Source: an uncultured archaeon
GTDB lineage: Archaea; Iainarchaeota; Iainarchaeia; Iainarchaeales; Iainarchaeaceae
NCBI GenBank assembly: GCA_964373815.1
Contig: CAYJWI010000003.1
Coordinates: 8,321-72,320, forward strand
DNA length: 64,000 nt
Direction: 5' to 3'
How positions within the stretch are numbered: position 1 is the stretch's first letter; the number at the start of each line of letters is the position of its first letter. Below the pieces are notes generated by a model. The model made no database searches. It was not told the origin of the DNA and saw only the letters and a list, made by a program, of their open reading frames with translations. The position numbers and the translations under genes were made by a program. This document shows positions 55,805 through 64,000 of this stretch, in pieces.

Positions 55805-57703
55805 CTACTTGAGCCTTACGCTGTCAAGGTTTCGAATCGACTGCGAGCTTATCCCGAATTTCGCCGAGAAGTATTTCGCGAGCTCTATTGTCTTCTCCGC
55901 CTCGCCGTGGTCTGTAAGTATCCTCTTCGGCTTTGGCTTCAGGTTGCGCACGTATGCCGAGAGCTGCACCCTGTCCGAGTGACCCGAAAAGCCGTCAAAC
56001 CTTGCAACCCTCATGTTCACGCTGAGTTTGCGTGTCCTTCCGTTGTTTTCAGTCAAAGGCAGGCTCTTAACGCCGCTTATGATTTTCCGCCCCAAGCTCC
56101 CTTCCCCTTGGTATCCTACGAATGCGAGTGTGTTGATTGGGTTTTCAGCGAGCCTGTAGAAGTACTGAACGCTCGCTCCGCCCGTGAGCATTCCGCTAGA
56201 TGCCAGTATTATCGCGCGCCCGTTCTGCGCTATGGCATCCCGATCCTCTGGCTTTGCCACCTGGAAAATGCTCGAAGTGAATGGGGAGTCATTTTGCAAA
56301 ACCCTCTTCTGCACGGCATTCCTCAAATACTCCGGGTACGCAGTGTGTATTGCGGAGCTCTCCTTTGTCATGCCGTCGATGTAGACTTTCACTTCGGGGT
56401 CGATTAGGCCCTTGCGGTAAAAGTTTTCAATTACAAGTTGCAGCTCTTGCGCCCTTCCGACAGCGAAGACAGGTATCAGCACAGAGCCTCCCTGGTTCAC
56501 TGTTTCCTGCAGAACTTTCAGGAACTGCGCCTCGGTCTCCTCCCTCGGGGTCTGGATGTCGTCCTTTCCGCCATAAGTGCTCTCCACAATGAGCGTTTCG
56601 AGCCTTGGGTAATTGATGTCGACGTTGTTGAAGAGCCTTGTAAAGCCGTACTTTATGTCCGCGCTGTAGACGAGGTTGTGCGCGCCTTCGCCTATGTGCA
56701 GGTGCACTGAAGCGCTTCCGAGCACGTGCGCGGCGTTGTGGAAAGTGAGCCTCATGTCTGGCGCGATGTCTGTCACTTCGCGGTAGTCGCGTATTATGCA
56801 GTACTTGAGCATTTCCTTTACGTCCCTTTCAGTGAAAGGGGGCTCCTTGTTGTCTTTTGCAAGTATGTCAAGGTAGTCGAAGAGCAAAAGCGCACCGAGG
56901 TCCCTTGTGGGCTCTGTCATGTATACAGGGCCGCGGTAGCCGAGCTTGAAGAGGTATGGCAAGAACCCGATGTGGTCCATGTGCGCATGGCTTATCACGA
57001 CCGCATCAAGTTCGTTGATTGGAAACCTTATTGCATCAAGGAACGGGAACGCTTCCTCCGGGTTGGAGGTCGCGACGTTGATTCCGCAGTCCATTAAAAT
57101 TTTCGTCCTCCTGGTTTCGAGCATTATGCAGCTCCTTCCGACCTGCCTAAACCCGCCCAAAGGGGTGAGCCTTACCCAGCTGGGCGATGGCTTTTCGGAA
57201 TAAATTTTCTTCGCGGTTTCCTGCAGTATTTTCTTGCGCTCGGAGCTGTACTTTACGAGGTGGTGCCTTATGCCTTTGAGTATTTCCGAAGGCGAAGTCG
57301 GGGCCCTCAGGATTTTCGGGGTCCAGCCTGTCTTGATTATTATTTCCTTGCTCGTCTGCCCGCCTTTTCCTATCACAAGCCCGGGCTTTAGGGATTCAAT
57401 CACAACTTCGCTGAAGGCTTCCATGAACTGTATGTCGGAAATCTTTGCGTCCTCTGGCACTATCTGCATTATTTTTTCGCGCGCGTCCTTTTCCTCCAAG
57501 AGAAGGCTCTTGTCGGAGCGGATGTTCACTTTTTTCTTGAGCTGGTGGGCTATTGCCTTGACATAGTCCTCGTTGTCGTGGAACGCCTTCGGGTTTTTCG
57601 TGTATATCGCTATTTCCGGCCCCTCGAAATCGATGCTTGTTATCTCTGCCTCCCTTGGGACTGTGGCGTTCACTATTTCCTTTGCTTCTTTGAGGTAATC
57701 CAT
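55805..57703 (-). CDS. aCPSF1 (KH domains + metallo-beta-lactamase + beta-CASP RNase)
   Basis: KH motif VIGKGGQTSKEII, MBL motif HAHMDH, 632 aa architecture. Confidence 0.85.
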   Translation of the reverse strand: MDYLKEAKEIVNATVPREAEITSIDFEGPEIAIYTKNPKAFHDNEDYVKAIAHQLKKKVNIRSDKSLLLEEKDAREKIMQIVPEDAKISDIQFMEAFSEVVIESLKPGLVIGKGGQTSKEIIIKTGWTPKILRAPTSPSEILKGIRHHLVKYSSERKKILQETAKKIYSEKPSPSWVRLTPLGGFRQVGRSCIMLETRRTKILMDCGINVATSNPEEAFPFLDAIRFPINELDAVVISHAHMDHIGFLPYLFKLGYRGPVYMTEPTRDLGALLLFDYLDILAKDNKEPPFTERDVKEMLKYCIIRDYREVTDIAPDMRLTFHNAAHVLGSASVHLHIGEGAHNLVYSADIKYGFTRLFNNVDINYPRLETLIVESTYGGKDDIQTPREETEAQFLKVLQETVNQGGSVLIPVFAVGRAQELQLVIENFYRKGLIDPEVKVYIDGMTKESSAIHTAYPEYLRNAVQKRVLQNDSPFTSSIFQVAKPEDRDAIAQNGRAIILASSGMLTGGASVQYFYRLAENPINTLAFVGYQGEGSLGRKIISGVKSLPLTENNGRTRKLSVNMRVARFDGFSGHSDRVQLSAYVRNLKPKPKRILTDHGEAEKTIELAKYFSAKFGISSQSIRNLDSVRLK

Positions 57704-57801
57704 GTAGGTATCACTTGCACTAAAAAAAATCTATCCATTCAATTGGCCAAAATCAAATAACGCAAATTCAAAAAAATCGGAAATACTTTTTTCCGCTTTT
57801 T

Positions 57802-58485
57802 TTAAGCAGTCGCTGTTTCCTTAGAAATCTTCTCTATTTTGTCCTTCCCGACTTCCCTAACGCCCTTCACATCCACAATGAAAACGGTTGCGCCAACCCC
57901 GCCCGAATAAATGTCCCTCTTCTTTGCGGCCTCAATTGCCTTCACCGCGAGGGCGATTGCGTCCTTCTCGTTCATCCCTTTCCTATACCCGTTGTCAAGG
58001 ATTGCAAGCGCGAGCTCTGTTCCAGAGCCGCTTACCGCGTACTTGTCGCGCTCGAGTATTGCGCCCATCGGGGTCAAATCGAACAGCTCTGGTTTTCCGT
58101 TGTACCCGCCTATTACGAGTTGGACAATGTAAGGGTAATACCTGTTGCCGTTTAGGATGTTGGAGAGGAATGTAGCCGCTGCGCGCGCGCTCATGCGCTC
58201 GCTCCTCTCAAGCTCGTATATTTTCGCGTGGCTGCGCAAGAACCTAATCACCATTAGGCTATCGCCCACATCGCCAGCGTTGGTGACAGCGAGGTTGTCG
58301 TTTATTTTGTAAATTTTTTCCGACTCGTCCTCGTATGCTATATGGCCCATGCTCGCCCTCTTGTCTGCGGCGAGAACTATGCCGGAGTCGTAGACCATGC
58401 CTACTGTGGTTGTCCCTGTCTTAAGATCCTTTTCCATAAGTATTCCCCAAAAATCAGTTTCTGAGCCTAAAATATTCCCCCTCAC
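57802..58485 (-). CDS. psmB: proteasome beta subunit
   Basis: Propeptide then TTTVGMVYDSGIVLAADKRAS active-site Thr region. Confidence 0.9.
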   Translation of the reverse strand: MRGNILGSETDFWGILMEKDLKTGTTTVGMVYDSGIVLAADKRASMGHIAYEDESEKIYKINDNLAVTNAGDVGDSLMVIRFLRSHAKIYELERSERMSARAAATFLSNILNGNRYYPYIVQLVIGGYNGKPELFDLTPMGAILERDKYAVSGSGTELALAILDNGYRKGMNEKDAIALAVKAIEAAKKRDIYSGGVGATVFIVDVKGVREVGKDKIEKISKETATA

Positions 58486-58565
58486 AAAACTTTAAAAAGC
58501 TTGGTTTGGTCAAAAACAGCCCGCAATTTAACCCCATGCTTTCGCGCTTTAGAGGGCTTCTAGGG

Positions 58566-59444
58566 CTAGTCTTTCCCCTTCGCCTTTTCAGGCTCTTTTG
58601 CCGCTGGTTTTTCAGCGAAATTTTCGTCCAGTTCGACGCTCTTTATGTGCGGCATCACGTCCTTGACTGTTTTCGTGAAAGGCGCTATCAGCGGGGCGAG
58701 CTGTTTTGCGGCCTCTTTTGGCAGCTTTACTTTCAGGGTTTCATTCTCAATGCGCGTTTCTGGCTTTTGCTTTAGCGGGAAGAATTTTTCCGCGAGCAGC
58801 TGCGCCTTTTCCTTGTCCTCCTTGATTTCCCTCACAATTTTTAGTTCGTACTCGACTTCCTTTCCGGCCAAATCGCTGTTCATATCAACCCTCACCCTTC
58901 CGCCTGAAACCGTCTGCACCCTTCCGTAGTTTCCGTTGAGATCGACCACAAGCCCCGGAAGGGGCTTTATGTTTCTCGAATGGAATTCCTTTAGCGGAAC
59001 TATTACAATGAGGTCCTTGTTCCTCTCCCCGAAAGCCTTCGGGGCTGCAAGGCGCAGTTTGCGGGTTTCGCCTTCCTTCATCTCCTTCATCGCCTCGTCA
59101 AGCCCGGGTATCACATCCCCGTGCCCGACAATTATTGGCAGGGGGCCGAAGATTGCGTTCTCGCGGTAGAGCCCGTTTTCCTTCGCCACCCGCTCAGAGG
59201 TCGTGTCAAAGATTTTTCCGTGTGTGAGCTCTTTTCCAGTAAATTCCGCGAGCACCAGTGTTTTTTCCTTCATGCAATGACCTTCCCAAAAAATCTGTTT
59301 TAAAAGGCTTTTTATGCCGTTTAATGTAATCCACCTAATTGGGTGAAAATAGTATTTTAAAAGTTGATGTGGAATGGGGCTGACAAGGAACCAGGTTTTC
59401 AGCATATTCATAGCCGTGGTAATGGTAGGCTCGATTCTTGGCAT
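58566..59444 (-). CDS. FKBP-type peptidyl-prolyl cis-trans isomerase (long archaeal type)
   Basis: FKBP domain with insert-in-flap pattern and C-terminal extension. Confidence 0.6.
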   Translation of the reverse strand: MPRIEPTITTAMNMLKTWFLVSPIPHQLLKYYFHPIRWITLNGIKSLLKQIFWEGHCMKEKTLVLAEFTGKELTHGKIFDTTSERVAKENGLYRENAIFGPLPIIVGHGDVIPGLDEAMKEMKEGETRKLRLAAPKAFGERNKDLIVIVPLKEFHSRNIKPLPGLVVDLNGNYGRVQTVSGGRVRVDMNSDLAGKEVEYELKIVREIKEDKEKAQLLAEKFFPLKQKPETRIENETLKVKLPKEAAKQLAPLIAPFTKTVKDVMPHIKSVELDENFAEKPAAKEPEKAKGKD

Positions 59445-60702
59445 AATCGCCTACACCCCCCCGGACACCTCTTCGCAGCCAAATGCCCCCGGGCCCCAGC
59501 AGCAGGCAACAACCGTTTCTTATAGCGCGGGCGGTGTGCAGGCGAAAATCGAGCAGCTCTTCCCCTCGGCTGTGCTTATACTAAAAACCAGCGAACTTGA
59601 CGCCGGCGCGCTTGAAAAAAAGCTGCTCGCAATCCCCGGCATTGCGGGGGTTAGCAATTCGCAGTTCGTCTCATTGCAGGGCGGGGCGCAGGAAAATTTC
59701 CGCACCGAGCTAAGGCTCTCCTCGCCAGACAAAATTTCAGAAGTTTACTCCGCAATCCTCGCAATCGATTCCGTTTCCAGCGCGCAGCTCTTCTCGCAGG
59801 CCCTTGCAAGGGTGAGCGGCAAAGTCGCCTTCCGCAACCCGGACCTTGACCTAGAGCAGGATTACTCTTTCCCGAACAACGCCGTGCAGGCATTTGTCTC
59901 GAGCAACACAAGGAAAGGCGACGAAGTGCTGCTTTCAATCCAGGCGACTTTTGCGGGGCAGGCGCTCTCGCAGGCGATTGCAATAGAGGAGAAGAACCTC
60001 ACGGCCGAGCCGCAGATTTATCTCGTGAACTCTTCCTACAAACTCGATTCCTTTTCTGGCGAGTATTTTGTGCGCGCAACAAAACCGCTCTCCGAACAAA
60101 GCATTCTTGAAGGAATTAAAGCAGAACTCGCGGAGCAGGATTCAAACCTCGCTGTAAAGATAACGCCAGCCTCAAGCATGATGTCGGTTTATTTTGCGGA
60201 GCCGGAAAAGATTTTCAGGCAGGACCTCAACACTTTCTTTTCAGAACGCGGAGGCGTAACCTCTTTTGCAATTGATGAGAACTCTTCCCGCGCGCAGGTG
60301 CAGTTCTCCGAAGGCACGGATTACAATTCCTTCCGCCCCGCGCTCCAGGAAGACTTGGACTCGCTAGGCTTCAAGGTTTCGCGCATCGAAGACCCCGTTG
60401 TTTCAATGCAGGGAACGCTTGTCCCAAGTGCGGGTAAGGAGGAGTTCCTCAAAATAATTGCGGCAATAGAGAAGAAGGATTCCGTGCAGCTCGAGGTGCT
60501 AGAGAAAGCCTCGGTGGCAGCTGGCTCTGTTTTCGTCCCCGACGTGAACAAATCCTTCACACTCGCAAAAGGCTCGTTCGGCGCTTTCGTGAAAACTTCG
60601 CACAAGGAAGGCGATGAAGTAACGCTTGCAATCCTTCTTGTCGCCACGGAAAAAGGCGGGATTAGCGACATACAGGCGCAGGAAGCAGAAGCGCAGAACT
60701 GA
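59374..60702 (+). CDS. membrane-anchored extracytoplasmic protein (442 aa)
   Basis: N-terminal TM VFSIFIAVVMVGSILGIIAY then hydrophilic domain. Confidence 0.35.
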   Translation: MGLTRNQVFSIFIAVVMVGSILGIIAYTPPDTSSQPNAPGPQQQATTVSYSAGGVQAKIEQLFPSAVLILKTSELDAGALEKKLLAIPGIAGVSNSQFVSLQGGAQENFRTELRLSSPDKISEVYSAILAIDSVSSAQLFSQALARVSGKVAFRNPDLDLEQDYSFPNNAVQAFVSSNTRKGDEVLLSIQATFAGQALSQAIAIEEKNLTAEPQIYLVNSSYKLDSFSGEYFVRATKPLSEQSILEGIKAELAEQDSNLAVKITPASSMMSVYFAEPEKIFRQDLNTFFSERGGVTSFAIDENSSRAQVQFSEGTDYNSFRPALQEDLDSLGFKVSRIEDPVVSMQGTLVPSAGKEEFLKIIAAIEKKDSVQLEVLEKASVAAGSVFVPDVNKSFTLAKGSFGAFVKTSHKEGDEVTLAILLVATEKGGISDIQAQEAEAQN

Positions 60703-60746
60703 TTTTCCCTTGGCTGGCTCAATCCTGCTTTACGTTCAAACCCTTT

Positions 60747-61319
60747 TTGGCCACCGGAGCATTTATATTCTTCCGTGGATTTTACTCTGTAATGCTTAGC
60801 AGAAAGCCGAGGAAAAAACCCAGCACCGTGGGCCAAAGAAAAGCTTTGAGGTCCCAAGCAGTGGGCGCACTGGGCTTTGGCCAGGGGAAACTTTCAAAGG
60901 GCCAGAGGGTTGCGGTCCGCAGCAAGCTCGCCCAGATGAAAAAGAAGGCGAGTGCAGAGGCGCAGAGGCAGCATATGTGGAATATGCAGCGCCAAGGCCC
61001 GGTGGAATATTTCCCGCGCGAAGAGCCGCCGAAACGGCTCGTCCGTGACGAGCGGCAGGATTTGGTTCGGCAGGCAAGGTTTGATGAGGCGGCCGAAGAG
61101 AAGCGGCTTGAAGGTTTAGCTCCAAGAGGGCTTGTGGAGGAAGTTTATGCTCTTTTAAATAATCCAAACTCTCATCTGATTGAACCTGAGAAACAAATTC
61201 AACTGCGAAGACTTGCAGGTTATACTAAAGAATTTAGCTTTCTAACGCCCTATGAACATAGAGATTTAGTTAGGGGAATTATAAACGCAAAAAGACTATT
61301 AGGCCAGAGCGTTGATTAG
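60747..61319 (+). CDS. hypothetical basic protein (190 aa)
   Basis: ORF track only. Confidence 0.3.
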   Translation: MATGAFIFFRGFYSVMLSRKPRKKPSTVGQRKALRSQAVGALGFGQGKLSKGQRVAVRSKLAQMKKKASAEAQRQHMWNMQRQGPVEYFPREEPPKRLVRDERQDLVRQARFDEAAEEKRLEGLAPRGLVEEVYALLNNPNSHLIEPEKQIQLRRLAGYTKEFSFLTPYEHRDLVRGIINAKRLLGQSVD

Positions 61320-61381
61320 CAGGGTTCGCTTGACTTTGGCACAGAACCAGTTTAAGTCCGCGCTTTGCAAAGCCAAACCAT

Positions 61382-61717
61382 TTACTTGAGTTTCTCTATC
61401 GCTTCCGCGATGTCGCCTCTCGTTTCCTCGAGCGCTTTTGCCGCTTTCTCTTTCGGGACTTTCGCCTGCCCCGCCACCATTTCAATGTCGGCTTCTGGGA
61501 TTCCGGCTTCGGCTTTCTCCTCTTTTGGCTGCCCCATTACGGTGAAGGTTTTCTGGCCGCCGATGTCCATTGCCGTGACCTGTGGGTTTTCAACCACGAG
61601 GTTTTTCCCCTCAAGTTCGAATACGACCCTCTTTGCCTTTATGTCCTCGGTCTTCACCCCGAGCTGTTTTAGCATTGTCTTCATCTGCCGCGGGTCAAAG
61701 CCCATTCCGGGAATCAA
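61382..61717 (-). CDS. nac: nascent polypeptide-associated complex alpha subunit
   Basis: NAC domain (VVFELEGKNLVVENPQV) plus C-terminal UBA-like IAEAIEKLK. Confidence 0.75.
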   Translation of the reverse strand: MIPGMGFDPRQMKTMLKQLGVKTEDIKAKRVVFELEGKNLVVENPQVTAMDIGGQKTFTVMGQPKEEKAEAGIPEADIEMVAGQAKVPKEKAAKALEETRGDIAEAIEKLK

Positions 61718-61786
61718 TAAACCACCAGAAGTAAAAATGCTGAAAAAGGTTTATTAGCGGATTGGGGGGGGCTAACAGGGGGAATG

Positions 61787-64000
61787 TCATCCGCTAATAA
61801 GGTCCCCGAGCCGGGAAATGTCAAGCACGTTCGAGAACCTGTCTGCCTCTGCCTCAAACTCGAGCGCCTGTGCCTCGAGCAGGGCTATTGTCTGGGCATC
61901 GCTTGTCCCCGCCGCAATGAGCCTCTCCTTCACTTCCCGCAGCTTGGCCGCACGCTCATCCAGCTTGGCCCCATAATCGCCATCACCGAAAAAGTAGCTG
62001 AGGGCTCCGAGCTTCTTCTTTTCTTCGGACTTCTTTTCTGCAGTGTCAACCAATTGGTCGGCAAAAGCCGGGTCCTTGTCGAACCATTTTTCCGCCACTC
62101 CGTAAAGCGCGTTGTCAGGTTTTATTGCCGGCGGCGCGGCAACGCGCCTGCACTGCTTCTCGACAACCAGTTCCGCAACCCTTGTGGGGTCTTGCTTGAA
62201 CTGGCCGCAGCTGTTGAAGGCATCCTTCCTTGCAGCGCATTCAAGTGCGGCATCGGCGCGGCACTTGGAGGCTTCGAGCTTGTAAGAACCAAGCGAACCC
62301 AATATCTCCTGTGCCCTTAGTTTGCATATCTCTTCAGAACGGTCGTTCTTCGGAATGCCGAACTGGGCGTCGCTGATGTAGAACTTGGCTATCTGGTCAT
62401 CTGACAAATCGCACAATGACCCGGCTGAAAGGTAAGGCTCGACAACCGCACTTGGCGTGCCAGCAGGCTCTTGCACCGCCTCTTCTCCTGTTGGCAGTAT
62501 GGCAAGGCCGGCTGGCAGAATCCTAATTGTTTTCCCATCGCCGGTTGTATACACAGTGCTGGATTTGCATGTCCATGCCCCATTTTCGCACATGCTGTAT
62601 GTGCCTTCGCCGCATGTTGAAGGTGAGCCTGAACAGCCGCCCGAGCCAGATGAGCTGGATGTGCTTGTAGAGGTTGGCGGCGGAGTATAGCTCGAGTCGG
62701 TCTTGCATGTCCAGGCGTTGTTCTCGCACATCGAGTATTGCCCTGTAGAGCAGCTCGGTGGCGAGCCAGAACAGCCGTAAGTCGTGCCACTGCCTCCTCC
62801 CGAGGTGTAAGGCGTGCATCCCCACGCCCCGTTCACGCATGAGGAGTACGAGTTGCCTCCGCAGCTTATTGGTGTGCCGCTACATGACCCAGAACCGTAG
62901 TTCCATGACCATACTGATGATGGAGAGCATCCCCACGCCCCGTTCACGCAGGCGCTGTAGCTTCCGCTTGGGCATGACATTGGCGTGCCGCTGCATCCGC
63001 CGCCCCCGCTTGATGAAGGCCTGCATACATAGGCGCCGTTTTCGCAGATAGAATAATACCCAGATGAACATTGTTGCGGGGTTCCAGCGCAGGCACCCCC
63101 GCTCCTGCATGTCCAGCCGCCGCTCTCACAAACAGAATACGCTGGAGGAGTGCATCCGGGCGGAGAGCCGCTGCATGCGCCAGAGCCGCCGCCAGACGGC
63201 GTGCATCCCCATGCTCCGTTCACGCAGGCGCTGTAGCTTCCGCTTGGGCATGACATTGGCGTGCCGCTGCAGCTTCCTGGTGGCTGGGTGTAGGTGCTTG
63301 CCTTGCACGCCCAACTGCCGTTTTCACATGATGGATACTGGCCTGAAGGGCAGGAGGCTGCCGCGCCAGTGCACGCGGCCTTGCATGTCCATGCCCCGTT
63401 TTCGCATGAAGAGTACTGGTTTGATGTGCAGCCTGGCGGCGTGCCGCTGCAGTAAGTGCTTGGGACTGGGGTTGCTGCCCTGCAGATCCATGAGGACCCT
63501 TCACAGTAAGAGTAAGTGCCCTGCGGGCAGTCAGTGCGCTGTGGTGTTGTGCAGCCATAAGAGCTGGGCTTGCACACCCAGTTGTTGTTTTCGCACGTGG
63601 AATAATAACCGAAACTGCATCCCTGTGGAGTGCCGCTGCAGGCGCTGCCGCTTTGCTTGCAAGTCCATGCTGTCCCTTCGCATGATGGGTAAGAGCCTGC
63701 TGGGCAGCTAGGCTGTGCTGCGGGGCATGTCCCTGTGCCTGTTGACCTGCAAACCCAGGTTGAGCCTTCGCATGATGGGTATGTTCCAGTGGCGCATGTT
63801 GGCTGCGCCGCGGGGCAGGTTTGTGTGTACGGCCTGCAAATCCAGCTGCCTGATTCACAGGAAGAGTAATACCCTGAACCGCACTGGGAGGGTGGCCCGC
63901 TGCAGTAATTGCCAACCCCTCCTGAATCCTTGCAAATCCATTTTGTCCCGTCACAATAAGGGTAAGTGCCCTGCTGGCAGTCTGTGCGCTGCTCTCCTGT
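61787..64000 (-). CDS. cysteine-rich tandem-repeat protein, partial (open through window end)
   Basis: About twenty ~30-aa repeats of pattern C-x-G-T-P-x-x-C-x-x-G-x-Y-S-x-C-x-N-G-A-W-x-C. The reading frame has no stop from 63578 to 64000 on my manual translation. The listed start at 63577 is a GTG inside a repeat. Confidence 0.5.
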   Translation of the reverse strand, partial: TGEQRTDCQQGTYPYCDGTKWICKDSGGVGNYCSGPPSQCGSGYYSSCESGSWICRPYTQTCPAAQPTCATGTYPSCEGSTWVCRSTGTGTCPAAQPSCPAGSYPSCEGTAWTCKQSGSACSGTPQGCSFGYYSTCENNNWVCKPSSYGCTTPQRTDCPQGTYSYCEGSSWICRAATPVPSTYCSGTPPGCTSNQYSSCENGAWTCKAACTGAAASCPSGQYPSCENGSWACKASTYTQPPGSCSGTPMSCPSGSYSACVNGAWGCTPSGGGSGACSGSPPGCTPPAYSVCESGGWTCRSGGACAGTPQQCSSGYYSICENGAYVCRPSSSGGGGCSGTPMSCPSGSYSACVNGAWGCSPSSVWSWNYGSGSCSGTPISCGGNSYSSCVNGAWGCTPYTSGGGSGTTYGCSGSPPSCSTGQYSMCENNAWTCKTDSSYTPPPTSTSTSSSSGSGGCSGSPSTCGEGTYSMCENGAWTCKSSTVYTTGDGKTIRILPAGLAILPTGEEAVQEPAGTPSAVVEPYLSAGSLCDLSDDQIAKFYISDAQFGIPKNDRSEEICKLRAQEILGSLGSYKLEASKCRADAALECAARKDAFNSCGQFKQDPTRVAELVVEKQCRRVAAPPAIKPDNALYGVAEKWFDKDPAFADQLVDTAEKKSEEKKKLGALSYFFGDGDYGAKLDERAAKLREVKERLIAAGTSDAQTIALLEAQALEFEAEADRFSNVLDISRLGDLISG

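Noticed and set aside
63220-63954. 244-aa minus-strand ORF from the ORF track
   Set aside because: It is in a different frame from the continuous Cys-repeat gene. Its product is low-complexity A/Q/H-rich. It is an alternative-frame artefact of the repeat DNA.
62800-64000. Regularly spaced near-identical DNA repeats that could be mistaken for a CRISPR array
   Set aside because: The repeats are about 280 bp apart, the spacers are themselves repetitive, and the whole region is one open reading frame encoding Cys-rich protein repeats. It is a coding tandem repeat, not CRISPR.
1-64000. Search for tRNA or rRNA genes in all intergenic gaps
   Set aside because: No cloverleaf-like GC-rich 70..90 nt segments or rRNA-like conserved stretches were recognisable by eye. 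An Infernal or tRNAscan run would be needed to be sure.

Overview
This 64 kb window looks like an archaeal chromosome segment (roughly 50% GC, tightly packed) that carries several bacterial-type genes. The archaeal hallmarks are class III signal-peptide pilins (QSALEYL type), a FlaI/TadA-family ATPase, single-domain KaiC-like ATPases, a proteasome beta subunit, the KH plus beta-CASP RNase aCPSF1, NAC alpha, TYW1/Taw1 and a RecJ/GAN-like DHH phosphoesterase.

Housekeeping content:
- An 8-gene minus-strand operon (1970..9580) encodes the complete classical mevalonate pathway: HMG-CoA reductase, HMG-CoA synthase, thiolase, a DUF35 OB-fold partner, mevalonate kinase, diphosphomevalonate decarboxylase, a Nudix hydrolase and a phosphomevalonate kinase. 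A second, IDI-type-1-like Nudix gene lies next to it.
- Central metabolism: pyruvate phosphate dikinase, NAD kinase, type I GAPDH, PGK, a cupin-type PGI, a PfkB kinase and a PGM/PMM.
- CoA synthesis uses the bacterial-type CoaE and CoaD plus CoaBC.

Accessory content:
- A Tad/Epd-like type IV pilus operon has the platform protein split into two genes.
- Several large secreted, repeat-rich surface proteins carry intragenic near-identical DNA repeats. They include a beta-helix-like protein, a 1066-aa coiled-coil lipoprotein and a partial cysteine-rich 30-aa-repeat protein that runs off the window end.
- A MazEF pair sits at 45.2..45.8 kb.
- A toxin-antitoxin island at 50.8..55.3 kb holds RelE/RHH, PIN/antitoxin and VapBC modules. 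It includes a compositionally atypical single-gene insert flanked by 22-bp perfect direct repeats with hairpins.

The most unusual sequence-level signal is a ~95-nt double-hairpin, near-palindromic intergenic element present in two copies (23770..23863 and 55385..55477). The copies have conserved loop sequences, swapped stems and TA flanks, consistent with either a structured small RNA family or an IS630/mariner-type MITE.

I found no rRNA, tRNA or CRISPR array by eye.
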